Positions 8,330 to 17,022 are shown, numbered from the stretch's first letter. The stretch is DNA of 64,000 nucleotides from a virus (IMGVR_UViG_3300037722_000745:224001-288000); one strand, 5' to 3'. Translations and numbers: made by a program. Notes: generated from the letters alone by a model not told the origin.

Positions 8330-8713
8330 CTACCAGACGACGCCCCCACCTCGTTTTTCAAGCCGGCCCGCAGAGACCCGTACAAAGCGATCTAGGCCCG
8401 GTTCGATGAGATGGACCCGCTCCGCAGCACGGAGAACCTCCCCGTCCGCTTGTCCAGCCTGAACCGAGGACGGTACGAGGCGATCTCCAACGAGATAGCC
8501 AACCTGCCTGTGCCACAGGCTTTCTAACTCAGGTTCGGCCAGAGCCTTGACCTGAGCCTTACGTCCCTCCAACGCAAACTCAATCCAGCCATGCTCTACA
8601 GGAAGGCTCCCCTCGATGACCCAGCGACGGGAGCCCGACCGGAGGGACCGGCCCCCAACCCAAGGTGCGACAATCGTCTCACCTTCTTTCTGAAGTAGGG
8701 TCCTCCAAGTCAT
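8330..8713 (-). pseudogene. truncated 5' duplicate of 6913..7863
   Basis: MTWRTLLQKEGETIVAPWVGGRSLRSG...ERVHLIEPGLDRFVRVSAGR then unrelated tail. Confidence 0.75.
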
Positions 8714-9642
8714 GACTCTCCAACCCTAATCTTCCAGGACTCCAAACTCTCACCACGTCTTCTACGTCGGGCCAACTTCAGTCTTGCTTCGGGGGTACTA
8801 AGAGCCTTCGTTATAGCCTCGCTATGTTTGGCTTTAACTTCGGGGATACTGAGTGTCTGGGCTATAGCCCTACCGCGTTTCTCTTTCTCCCCAGGTTGAG
8901 CCCATTGGCCTTTCATCCTACGACTCATAGCGGCCAGCCGTTCCAAAGTCATTGATGCTTGAACACCAATCTTATGGCGCTTCTTCACCTCAGGTAGGGC
9001 CAGTCTCTTAGCTGCCTCAATGCTTAGCTTCTTTCGCACCTCACTTGTATACCCGGCTTTTTGAAGCTTGATGCGTTGCCCCCTTTCCTCGGCCGAGTAC
9101 CCAGCCCAAGATGCCTTAAGACCCGCACTACGTTTCTCCTTCTCACCGGGTCTGGAGTAAACCTCCAACATCTTAGCTCTACGACGAGCTTTAGAATCAG
9201 GTTGACTGCAGGCCAAGATCAACGCTTCACGGTGCCTAGCCTTTACGTCGGGCCGTGCCATAGCTAACTTTACCCCAGCACTGTTCTTAGCTCGAACCTC
9301 CGGCCTATTCTGAGCCTCTTTCCCAGACACCGACATTTTCCGTCGAGTCTCTGCCGAAGGCTTCCCGTTTGACCCACCTGTCTTCAGATTGTACCCAAGC
9401 GGAGACAGAGAGGTGGCCACCCATTTAATTTCCAGCGCATCCAATTCCTCTTTCGAGGATGCCTCACCAACGACCTCAAACACGAATTTGTCTCGGCCAT
9501 ACTTGGCGATAGCCGCCCGCAAAGCGTGGCAATGGCTGTCAGTCCTGAAATGATGTGACCACCTCTCCGAAGGGTTGATGGTTTGACCGTGGTAACATTT
9601 TCCGCTGACCAAACAACGAATCCTGTAAACCAAACCGTACAC
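8710..9642 (-). CDS. GIY-YIG homing endonuclease with NUMOD3-like repeats
   Basis: GLVYRIRC...YHGQT...R...E..GYN; SAETRRKMS-type basic repeats. Confidence 0.9.
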   Translation of the reverse strand: MYGLVYRIRCLVSGKCYHGQTINPSERWSHHFRTDSHCHALRAAIAKYGRDKFVFEVVGEASSKEELDALEIKWVATSLSPLGYNLKTGGSNGKPSAETRRKMSVSGKEAQNRPEVRAKNSAGVKLAMARPDVKARHREALILACSQPDSKARRRAKMLEVYSRPGEKEKRSAGLKASWAGYSAEERGQRIKLQKAGYTSEVRKKLSIEAAKRLALPEVKKRHKIGVQASMTLERLAAMSRRMKGQWAQPGEKEKRGRAIAQTLSIPEVKAKHSEAITKALSTPEARLKLARRRRRGESLESWKIRVGES

Positions 9643-9652
9643 AACCGCAGTT

Positions 9653-11590
9653 TTAGCAAAAGGCTGCTGGCTTCTGCAACAGATCCGTCTTGAGAATGGT
9701 TTCCACGAGGGTTACTCGCGGAGCGGCCTTTACCACTGCCCTACCTACCGGCGTGGCAGCGATCATGGCTCGGATGGTAGGCGGGATCGCGTAGGGATCC
9801 GCGAAGATCCCCTCGTCGATCATGAAGCACGGGATGCCGAGTTGGGCTGCCGTGTCCGTGACCGCGTGGTACATGGGGGAGCTGCGGACCTTCAAGAAGC
9901 CAAATGCAATCGGGTTGAGGCCCGAAGCTTGGACCGCCTTATGGAACGGGCCAGCCTCCTCATCTCCGACGAAGATAAACAACACATCCTCGTCCGGCTG
10001 AGGCTTATGTTGATTGAGAGCCCGAACCCCCGCTCCGTAGTCAGTCCCTCCTCCTGCATGGATCCCGCGGAACGCCTGTTCGACGCCCGCTGCGGATTCA
10101 TGCTTAAGGGCAATCTCTCGCCCCGTAGTGTTGAAGACCGAGATGTGCACCTGGTCCTTGGGGAAGCCCTGTAGGAACTTCGCCAAGTAGCGCTTGGCTT
10201 CGGTGATCGCGTTCTGCATGGATCCCGAGATGTCCACCATGAAGTAGATCCGCAAACCCTTCACGACTTCCTCGACCGCCGCCTTGAGGGCGTTGTCGGC
10301 CGCCTCGTTCAGCTTCTCTTGGGTCGCCTTCGACCGCACTCGGGTCGCGATGTTCGCTGCCCGCATGTCGTCGGCTTCCTTAGTGGCACACTCCCACCGC
10401 TCTCGAATCTCCTGGACCTCAAGAAGTCCAAGCTCTTCGAGCGTTGGGGTTGCGATCAAAAGGTCCTTGTTGGAAAGAGACCCTGCCTCGATGGCTGCCG
10501 CCACAATCGCCCGCGTCAGCCCCATACCCTTCGGCAGGAGCCCCACGATGCGCTTGAAGTTAGGCTTGGTCGCAACGATAGTCTCGCAGACCTGCTCCTC
10601 CGAAAGGCCCTCCCAGGACTCCGCAGCCTTGACAGCCTGGCCGATGGCGACGGTACGGTGACCCTCGTCGGCCTGCTGCTGCCCCCACCGCAGCGTCTCG
10701 AAGAACTTTGGTGAGGTCGGCTTGTACCGGCAGGCGATGGCGAGTTCGATCACCTTCGTCCGGAAGCCCGCCTTGACGAGGCCCTCCAACATCTGAGGGT
10801 TCTCTTCACGGTACCGGAGCCACTTCTCCGCCGCCTTGGGCCAACGACCCATGAACGGCCGACGAGCGGACTTGCCAAAGCCCAGCTCCCGGTTGATCTC
10901 GGCCACCTGCGGCAGCCGTAGGATGTCGTGGATCCGCATTAGAAGCTTGGGATCGAATGTCTTGATCTCGTTCTTCTGTTGTGCCCCGTCACCTTGAGAG
11001 CGGGACCGGGTGAGCAGCAGCATGGCCTCACCGACATCCCGGTAATCCTCGTCGAAGAACAGGACCTTGCCGTTCTCAACAACCGGGTCACCCTTGCGGT
11101 ATTGCACGAGCATGAACGCCGCGAGAATGACCTTCAGGTCCCGGTGCTCCTGCCCGAATGCGTAGCTGGCCCACTTGGCGGCGAACTCGTTGTCGAGCTT
11201 CCAGACCTCGGCGACCTGCTTGTACATCCAGATCACGACCTCCGGGTAGAGGCCGGGCGGCTGGTAGCGACCAACAGCGCGGTTGCCGTCCTTAACGATG
11301 ACATCGCCCTGAAGCACTGGGGCGAGCGTCGCGGGGTTCCGACCCGTGGTCATCTTCCCGAGCTTGACCTTGGTGCCCTTCCGACGGCCCACGCCCTTGC
11401 GAAGCTCGTAGACGATCTTGTCGCCCTCTTCCTCTGCGTGGGTCACCGGCAGCCACTTCGTGCCCACCACGGAGCCAGGATCTGGAATCACTACGCCTGG
11501 TCGGTTGTGCATTGCGTGATCAGAATACGAGAGGACCGTCTGGAGGATTCTCTCAGCCGGCCCGAGTGCGTTCTGTTCGTGATTTGGCAC
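9653..11590 (-). CDS. vWA-domain protein with large helical N-terminus (possibly TROVE/Ro60-like)
   Basis: MIDAS motif FMVDISGSM, GGTDY, FVGDEE; GTG start at 11590 after GAGG. Confidence 0.8.
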   Translation of the reverse strand: MPNHEQNALGPAERILQTVLSYSDHAMHNRPGVVIPDPGSVVGTKWLPVTHAEEEGDKIVYELRKGVGRRKGTKVKLGKMTTGRNPATLAPVLQGDVIVKDGNRAVGRYQPPGLYPEVVIWMYKQVAEVWKLDNEFAAKWASYAFGQEHRDLKVILAAFMLVQYRKGDPVVENGKVLFFDEDYRDVGEAMLLLTRSRSQGDGAQQKNEIKTFDPKLLMRIHDILRLPQVAEINRELGFGKSARRPFMGRWPKAAEKWLRYREENPQMLEGLVKAGFRTKVIELAIACRYKPTSPKFFETLRWGQQQADEGHRTVAIGQAVKAAESWEGLSEEQVCETIVATKPNFKRIVGLLPKGMGLTRAIVAAAIEAGSLSNKDLLIATPTLEELGLLEVQEIRERWECATKEADDMRAANIATRVRSKATQEKLNEAADNALKAAVEEVVKGLRIYFMVDISGSMQNAITEAKRYLAKFLQGFPKDQVHISVFNTTGREIALKHESAAGVEQAFRGIHAGGGTDYGAGVRALNQHKPQPDEDVLFIFVGDEEAGPFHKAVQASGLNPIAFGFLKVRSSPMYHAVTDTAAQLGIPCFMIDEGIFADPYAIPPTIRAMIAATPVGRAVVKAAPRVTLVETILKTDLLQKPAAFC

Positions 11591-11635
11591 GATCCACCTC
11601 TCTCGCAACCCTCCGCATGGGAGGGGAATTGCCGC

Positions 11636-11654
11636 GTCTCGCCTCAGCGAGCAA
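11636..11654. repeat. short-loop hairpin repeat (family B)
   Basis: GTCTCGCCTCAGCGAGCAA in the 5' leader of the vWA gene. Confidence 0.8.
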
Positions 11655-11781
11655 ATTACCGCTAAGGAGGATGACGGCGCCCGTGGTGTCTACTACACCG
11701 AAAAGCCAGAACTCGACCGAGTTAAAGAGAGCGGGTTTTTGCTGGACCCTGGATTCCCCCGGAAGGGCAGGTCGAGTTTAG

Positions 11782-11853
11782 TCGGGGTGACAGGGATCGA
11801 ACCTGCGACCTCTCGCCCCCAAAGCGAGCGCTCTACCACTGAGCAACACCCCG
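11782..11853 (-). tRNA. tRNA-Pro(TGG)
   Basis: CGGGGTG/CACCCCG, loop TTTGGGG. Confidence 0.9.
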
Positions 11854-11905
11854 AGAAATCTGTTATACGCTGGCTAGACTACGACAACCACGTGCTCCGA
11901 GAGAT

Positions 11906-12136
11906 TTGACCGTGGATCACACCTACGACCGCCGCCCGAAGACCGCCACTGATCGCGAGTTCCAAGAGATGGCCGAGATCTACCTCAAGAAGCTCGGCTA
12001 CTCGCCTAAGCAGGTCCGCAGCTGGACTCGCAACATGGCCCAGGCCATCGAGAAGGCGTTGAAGTCCTCGCGTGAAACTCGCGAAGTTGAATACCATATC
12101 GGTCTCGAAGAGGAAGGCGAGGAACGTCTTCGCTAA
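11906..12136 (+). CDS. hypothetical protein
   Basis: ORF with plausible composition. Confidence 0.5.
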   Translation: MTVDHTYDRRPKTATDREFQEMAEIYLKKLGYSPKQVRSWTRNMAQAIEKALKSSRETREVEYHIGLEEEGEERLR

Positions 12137-12336
12137 CCATCAGACTTCACCCCGGTTCTTCGTTTTCCATACGTTCTGTATCTGTGACACAAGGCGCACA
12201 CCACGTCGCATTTGGCAGCCTCTTCCTTGGTTCGTTTGAGAGAGCCCGTCCTGCTTGCCGAGCCGAGATCGAACGCCTTAGTTCTTGGATCGCGATGATC
12301 GAAGTCCATCGCCCAATACGGATGCGAATACCACGG
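12133..12336 (-). pseudogene. HNH endonuclease C-terminal fragment
   Basis: MDFDHRDP...EAAKCDVVCALCHRYRT; N-terminus replaced by tRNA sequence. Confidence 0.75.
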
Positions 12337-12377
12337 GTGTTCCCGAAACAGGCGTCCTACCAGTGGACTACACCCCG
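12337..12377 (-). pseudogene. tRNA-Pro(CGG) 5' half
   Basis: CGGGGTG, D-arm, CCTGT-TTCGGGA-ACA then abrupt switch to HNH sequence. Confidence 0.65.
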
Positions 12378-12378
12378 G

Positions 12379-12450
12379 TACGCGCAGAAGGATTTGAACC
12401 TTCATTTCTCGCTCATCAGACGAGGGTCCTAACCGTTGGACGATGCGCGC
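12379..12450 (-). tRNA. tRNA-Ile(GAT)
   Basis: Cloverleaf, loop CTGATGA. Confidence 0.85.
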
Positions 12451-12534
12451 GTGGTCTGAAATTATGCTGCAAGCCGGCACAGGTGTTCGTACTACGACCT
12501 ACGCACGGCTCAAGCTCGGAAAGCCAGTTTGAAG

Positions 12535-12597
12535 AGTATAGCGAGTTTTACCCAAGTTTAGCGTGATCCAGATAAACTCAGGTAAACTCGCTATACT
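12535..12597. repeat. long imperfect inverted repeat
   Basis: AGTATAGCGAGTTTTACCCAAGTTTA ... TAAACTCAGGTAAACTCGCTATACT. Confidence 0.75.
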
Positions 12598-12617
12598 TCC
12601 GCCCCCAAGACGACGAT

Positions 12618-12824
12618 TCAGTCCTTGTCGTCGTCGGAGTCGTCGTTCTTCTTCTTCTTCTTGATGTTCTTCAAAAACTCGGGCGGAAGCTCACCGGCTA
12701 CCCGGATACCAAGGCCCACGAGATCCCGGGCCAGCACCTTGCGGGACGGGCTCTCGGTCTGGGAGTAGGCCAGTAGCTTGCGAAGTTCCGCTTCAAGTTC
12801 ATCGGCCGATGCGATCTTGTTCAT
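12618..12824 (-). CDS. small hypothetical (putative virion) protein
   Basis: ORF with RVA motif and Lys/Asp tail. Confidence 0.65.
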   Translation of the reverse strand: MNKIASADELEAELRKLLAYSQTESPSRKVLARDLVGLGIRVAGELPPEFLKNIKKKKKNDDSDDDKD

Positions 12825-13048
12825 GCCTTCACCGGCTCACAAAACGTTCAGCGGACTACTTCCCCTTGGGGGACCAACCTACCCGAAATAACCGATAGGG
12901 CCTCATAGGACTCGATCAATGCCTGTCTGGTAGGGATGGTATAACCTAGCCACACAGACAGGTCTCTTTGGCCCAAACCACCCACGATGCTGAGCAAGTA
13001 AATCACAGCGAGGAAATCGTTCATAGGACCTCTATCCCGCCCGAGTTG

Positions 13049-13222
13049 TCAGCCCCGCCGCTTGTTCTTGTTGCGGGGCTTCTGTGCCCCACGCTTGACC
13101 CAGCGGCCGGCATTCTCGTTCCGATGGGGCGGGCAGAACGAGCATGACAGATCGACGACCCGCTTGACGCGCTTGTATGTCCGACTGTCGTTCTCTTCCT
13201 TGAGCTGCTGTGCTGCCTTCAT
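13049..13222 (-). CDS. small basic hypothetical protein
   Basis: Start MKAAQQ; CxxCxxH motif. Confidence 0.55.
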   Translation of the reverse strand: MKAAQQLKEENDSRTYKRVKRVVDLSCSFCPPHRNENAGRWVKRGAQKPRNKNKRRG

Positions 13223-13243
13223 GTTGAGCCTCGCTAGGATGGG

Positions 13244-13326
13244 TGCAAGCGGAGGGAGTCGAACCCTCACGGGCTTTCGCCCACAACGACCTCAACGTTG
13301 CGCGTCTGCCATTCCGCCACGCTTGC
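13244..13326 (-). tRNA. tRNA-Leu(GAG)
   Basis: Cloverleaf, loop TTGAGGT, long variable arm. Confidence 0.9.
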
Positions 13327-13368
13327 AGTAGTATGTCATGGGTTTCTCCCATTCCGTTACTCGTGGCT

Positions 13369-13443
13369 TGGAAGCGGGAGGTGGAGTCGAACCACCGACC
13401 TCGAGCTTATGAGGCTCGCGAGCTGCCACTGCTCCATCCCGCT
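13369..13443 (-). tRNA. tRNA-Met(CAT)
   Basis: Loop CTCATAA, initiator-like D-arm but no GGG/CCC in anticodon stem; CCA encoded. Confidence 0.8.
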
Positions 13444-13687
13444 ACGAAAATTCTACGAACTCCGGATCCACCTCGTCGTTGGGGATCGTCGTCAAGAGGG
13501 TCGCGATCGACTTCCGTTGAAGGTCGTTGGTAATATCCTCCAATGTTGGCACCGTACCCCCATCAGCACCAATGAAGATCCTACCGCGACCCCGCTTTCC
13601 GAGTTCCAACCTCCTGCGTTCGCTCGGTTCCACCCAGAAGGTGATGCCCGCGAGGTTGGCTGTGTATGTGATGCGGACTCGTGTCAT
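13442..13687 (-). CDS. hypothetical protein
   Basis: ORF fills space between tRNAs, GGTGTA motif upstream. Confidence 0.65.
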   Translation of the reverse strand: MTRVRITYTANLAGITFWVEPSERRRLELGKRGRGRIFIGADGGTVPTLEDITNDLQRKSIATLLTTIPNDEVDPEFVEFS

Positions 13688-13706
13688 GCTGAAAAGACTA
13701 CACCAG

Positions 13707-13778
13707 CTCGGGCGCAGGGACTCGAACCCCCGATTAGATGAACCAGAATCACCCGTCCTACCATTAGACGACGCCAGA
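13707..13778 (-). tRNA. tRNA-Gln(CTG)
   Basis: Cloverleaf, loop TTCTGGT. Confidence 0.85.
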
Positions 13779-13786
13779 AAAACGTT

Positions 13787-14044
13787 TCACGCTCCTGAAG
13801 CTCTGCGCTGGACCCGTTTCGACCACGCCTTGAAGCCTCCAACCCTAGCTCCCAGAAGGCTTTTAGCAATGTCGTGGCGACTCGCGCCTACCGCCATCAC
13901 ATGGCGAGGGTAGCCCCTCTGCACCATCACGTAAAAGGGCCTGCGTAGCTGCTGGTAGAAGGCCAGCCGGATCGCTGTCCGCAGATCCTCAGACCGTTCC
14001 TTGCCGTTCGCTCGGCGGATGTACGGCTGGAACTTGCTCCGCAT
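13787..14044 (-). CDS. hypothetical protein
   Basis: ORF tightly packed with neighbours. Confidence 0.55.
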   Translation of the reverse strand: MRSKFQPYIRRANGKERSEDLRTAIRLAFYQQLRRPFYVMVQRGYPRHVMAVGASRHDIAKSLLGARVGGFKAWSKRVQRRASGA

Positions 14045-14045
14045 G

Positions 14046-14261
14046 CTAGTTCAACCGTCGCAGCAACAGCGGCACAGGAGCATCGAAGTCCCAGACATGC
14101 TGTGCGTGGCACTTACCGCAGTCGTACTGGACGAACCCCTCCGGGGTGTGCTTGAACGTGGTCGCCTCGTCAGTCACCAGCTCGTTGTTGCACTGCGGGC
14201 AATAGACCCGAGTAAACGTCTGCTGCTTGGGCTTCAACAGGTTTCGCAACCACTGGAACAC
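14046..14261 (-). CDS. Zn-ribbon hypothetical protein
   Basis: GTG start; CPQC and CGKC. Confidence 0.65.
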   Translation of the reverse strand: MFQWLRNLLKPKQQTFTRVYCPQCNNELVTDEATTFKHTPEGFVQYDCGKCHAQHVWDFDAPVPLLLRRLN

Positions 14262-14276
14262 GTCTGTTATCCTTTG

Positions 14277-14311
14277 CTCGGGCGGAGGGAGTCGAACCCC
14301 CACGGGCTCGA
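14277..14311 (-). pseudogene. tRNA 3' fragment (variable arm end, T-arm, acceptor strand)
   Basis: GGGGG-TTCGACT-CCCTC-CGCCCGA-G with no 5' half. Confidence 0.55.
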
Positions 14312-14573
14312 ACGGTGAGGTCCTAAAGGAGGACTATGCTGAGCGCCTGATGGCTCTCTGCGGGACCCCAAAGCTGTTGAGTCCCATCCTGGCTTTCCCA
14401 ATGGCCTCCACCACCTGTTGTATCATGCGCAACCCAGATCCAGCCTGCTTCTTTAAGTCAATGGCCATAGGGTGGAGCTTGAAGGCAGCCCAAGCGAAGT
14501 TGCACAGCTCCTCTTACTGTTACCGCCAAACACCAACTTCAATGTTTCCCGCATCGAAGAGCCTTTCGATCCT

Positions 14574-14609
14574 GTCCCACTCTTGATGGAGGTGGGCTTC
14601 CCTTACCAT
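14574..14609. repeat. solitary CRISPR repeat (family A)
   Basis: First 28 nt identical to the array repeat at 19755. Confidence 0.9.
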
Positions 14610-14649
14610 TTACCCTACGGATGTAGGGCCTGTATTTGTTTCGCACTAG

Positions 14650-14720
14650 CTCGGGGTGAGAGATTCGAACTCCCGTAAACAGTACCAGAAACTGCTGTCC
14701 TACCATTAGACGAACCCCGA
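14650..14720 (-). tRNA. tRNA-Gln(CTG), second copy
   Basis: Cloverleaf, loop TTCTGGT. Confidence 0.9.
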
Positions 14721-14732
14721 AAAACTACCGCC

Positions 14733-14963
14733 TCACGCGCTGCCCGTATAAGCCACGCTGAAAACCATCCCCGACATCACGAGCACTTCCTGGCCGTGAG
14801 TCAAGCTCCCGTTCATCTCGTGGTACTTCTCCCGTAGCTTGCAATGAAACACCACCGTCGGGTTGTACTCCGACTTGAGTTCCGCCAGCTCAACCACATC
14901 CTCGTAGCTCAGAACCTCTGCGTCGGTCTGGAAGTCCTGTCCATTGACTTTGAAACTGGTCAC
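14733..14963 (-). CDS. stand-alone ubiquitin-like protein (multiubiquitin-domain type), 76 aa
   Basis: GGAGG then GTG; pattern FKVNG..LSYEDVVELA..TV.F..G.L..GQ.V.V..GMVFSV..TGSA. Confidence 0.7.
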   Translation of the reverse strand: MTSFKVNGQDFQTDAEVLSYEDVVELAELKSEYNPTVVFHCKLREKYHEMNGSLTHGQEVLVMSGMVFSVAYTGSA

Positions 14964-15241
14964 GGTTCCTCCGCGATTCGGGCCAGAACATGCCCATGGC
15001 ACGGATCCGGGACACACCAGCAGCCCAGCACCTTACCACGGAGTTCCTGCTTCACTAGGCGGAGCAACGAAGGCTTACCGCGGATCCAAGTCTCGTACTT
15101 CTCGATAGCTTCCTCACGAGTCGCGACCTTGAACTGTGCCCGAGTGTTCTCTTTGTGGCTGTAAGGATTACCGTAGATCGACGGACGTCCGACGTAGACA
15201 TCGTAGCGATCTCGACGACAATGCACGACCCGAGTGCTCAT
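14960..15241 (-). CDS. DUF4326-family protein
   Basis: YVGRPSIYGNPY ... LRGKVLGCWC.P..CHGHVL. Confidence 0.9.
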   Translation of the reverse strand: MSTRVVHCRRDRYDVYVGRPSIYGNPYSHKENTRAQFKVATREEAIEKYETWIRGKPSLLRLVKQELRGKVLGCWCVPDPCHGHVLARIAEEP

Positions 15242-15327
15242 CCGGCTCCCACTTGAGATATGGACTCAATGGTCTGGGGGACCATTCGGTAGCGTCGTGT
15301 CTTAGGCATGAGATCCACTACACCACT

Positions 15328-15418
15328 TGGCGGAAGGTGAGGGGATCGAACCCTCGCACGCCTCATCAGCGCGACCTCAGATTAGCAATCTGGTGTCTTA
15401 CCACTCGACCAACCTTCC
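15328..15418 (-). tRNA. tRNA-Ser(GCT)
   Basis: Loop TTGCTAA, long variable arm, G73, CCA. Confidence 0.9.
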
Positions 15419-15422
15419 AAGG

Positions 15423-15506
15423 CGGAGGATGAGGGACTCGAACCCCCACACGCTTTCACGTACCTCCGATTTCAAATCGGGTGCCTTGCCATTCAGCCAA
15501 TCCTCC
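15423..15506 (-). tRNA. tRNA-Ser(TGA)
   Basis: Loop TTTGAAA, long variable arm, G73. Confidence 0.9.
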
Positions 15507-15512
15507 AAAGAG

Positions 15513-15595
15513 CGGAAAGAGAGGGAGTCGAACCCTTGCCGTTGCCGACAACCGGTTTTCGAAGCCGGCGGCCCACCACTGAGCCTTCACCTTCC
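15513..15595 (-). tRNA. tRNA-Ser(CGA)
   Basis: Loop TTCGAAA, variable arm, G73; some stem mismatches. Confidence 0.75.
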
Positions 15596-15712
15596 AAGTG
15601 ATGCGATAGCCGCCACGAGTCCCCGTCGGCCACTGCAAACCGGCAGCCCCTGACAGAATCCTCGTTGACGACTTACCCGGGTTTACCCTCGCTCGAATCC
15701 ACACGAGGCGGG

Positions 15713-15786
15713 TGGTGGCGACGAGGGGACTTGAACCCCAGCCGACAGCCTTATGAGAGCCGCGTCCTAACCCGTAGGGCGTCGCC
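15713..15786 (-). tRNA. tRNA-Met(CAT), degenerate D-arm
   Basis: GGCGACG/CGTCGCC, loop CTCATAA, CCA. Confidence 0.7.
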
Positions 15787-15812
15787 GTGGTGGGGCCGAA
15801 GCCCCAAGCACA

Positions 15813-16019
15813 TCACCACCTCCACTGGATGCTGTGCCGATGTGCCCGATCATCAAAGTCATCGTACCTGCCGTGCCAGATCAGTCGGAGTTCCCTGGCT
15901 CGGTGTCCCTTCCAAAAGAACCGCCGGTCATCTCGGGGGCTCCGAGCCGCCCAATTGGAACCTTGGCCTTCCCGATTGGGGCTGTGCCGTCCGTTCTTAC
16001 GTCGATGATTCCGTCGCAT
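15813..16019 (-). CDS. Arg-rich hypothetical protein
   Basis: GGAGG RBS upstream. Confidence 0.55.
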   Translation of the reverse strand: MRRNHRRKNGRHSPNREGQGSNWAARSPRDDRRFFWKGHRARELRLIWHGRYDDFDDRAHRHSIQWRW

Positions 16020-16050
16020 GTCGCCTCCAGGTTCAAAGACCTAAAGGCGG

Positions 16051-16523
16051 CTCTCCTCTCGTGATCAGCATCTTGCTGCTCCTTGTTGGTTTTGACGGTG
16101 GAACGTCGCCAAAAACTCTCTTATAGGGCACCCTGCCTAAGGAGCCCCACCCCATGGATCCCAACCGCATCATCCACAGATACCTAACAGCAGCATCCTC
16201 GGTCATGACGTGGCCAAAGTTAAAAGGCCACCTCATCAAGCTCACTAAACCCGTTTCTGTGAGCAAGGGTAAGCCAGGAAGGAAGAAGGTGAAATTCGAC
16301 AAAGGTGTTACCTTTGTGATGACTGGGGGAGTTGTGAAAGGCACCCTTTTGGAGTCCCACCTCTTTGAAGCCACCCTTGAAGGCGACCATTATTGGATCC
16401 AATCAAACATACATCCCTTTGGGATGTACCCGCATAAATTCATGACAAAAGGCGGTAAGGAACTAGGTCCTGAGTTCTTCGCTCAGTGATCCTCTCCTCT
16501 CGTGATCAGATCTTGCTGCTCCT
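16051..16523. repeat. ~33-bp direct repeats (16051-16083, 16492-16523) flanking an opposite-strand gene
   Basis: CTCTCCTCTCGTGATCAG(C)ATCTTGCTGCTCCT twice. Confidence 0.8.
16154..16489 (+). CDS. hypothetical (putative virion) protein
   Basis: AAGGAG RBS; N-terminus MDPNRIIHRYLTAA. Confidence 0.75.
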   Translation: MDPNRIIHRYLTAASSVMTWPKLKGHLIKLTKPVSVSKGKPGRKKVKFDKGVTFVMTGGVVKGTLLESHLFEATLEGDHYWIQSNIHPFGMYPHKFMTKGGKELGPEFFAQ

Positions 16524-16529
16524 ACCTAG

Positions 16530-16603
16530 CGCCTCTGGAAGGATTCGAACCTTCAAGCTTCGGTTTCGTAGACCGACGATCTGTCCAATTGATCTACAGA
16601 GGC
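16530..16603 (-). tRNA. tRNA-Arg(ACG)
   Basis: Cloverleaf, loop CTACGAA. Confidence 0.9.
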
Positions 16604-16618
16604 ATTCGTTTTTAGAGG

Positions 16619-16694
16619 CACCCCCGGGAGGACTCGAACCTCCGCATGACCCGGCTTCGGAGGCCGGCGCTCTGTCCAACTGAGCTACGAGGGC
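16619..16694 (-). tRNA. tRNA-Arg(CCG)
   Basis: Cloverleaf, loop CTCCGAA. Confidence 0.85.
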
Positions 16695-16798
16695 TTGTGG
16701 TGATTTGCCATTCGCGTGCGGGATCAACCACCAACCCGTAGACGCACTCGTAGGTCGTTCCTACGCGCAATCACCACGCTACGGTGCCGAAACACCGG

Positions 16799-16871
16799 CA
16801 CTCCCGACAGGACTCGAACCTGCATGATCCTGGTTAGAAGCCAGGCGCCTATCCAGTTAGACTACGGGAGC
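16799..16871 (-). tRNA. tRNA-Arg(TCT)
   Basis: Cloverleaf, loop CTTCTAA. Confidence 0.9.
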
Positions 16872-16875
16872 ATTG

Positions 16876-16911
16876 GTCTCACTCTAGAGGGAGGTGAGCT
16901 TCCCTCGCAAC
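16876..16911. repeat. solitary CRISPR-repeat-like unit (family A)
   Basis: GTCTCACTCTAGAGGGAGGTGAGCTTCCCTCGCAAC, 4 nt upstream of tRNA-Arg(TCT). Confidence 0.85.
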
Positions 16912-16944
16912 TACAACACACCGAAGGCACGCCGGCAGAGCCTT

Positions 16945-17022
16945 TGGAGGCGCAGGCGGGACTCGAACCCACGAAAATACCTGTTTTGCAGACAGGCCCC
17001 TTAGCCGCTTGGGTACTGCGCC
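16945..17022 (-). tRNA. tRNA-Cys(GCA)
   Basis: Loop CTGCAAA, U73, CCA. Confidence 0.9.

Noticed and set aside
14472-14678. 68-aa plus-strand ORF
   Set aside because: Its second half is the solitary repeat and antisense tRNA; coding status unsupported
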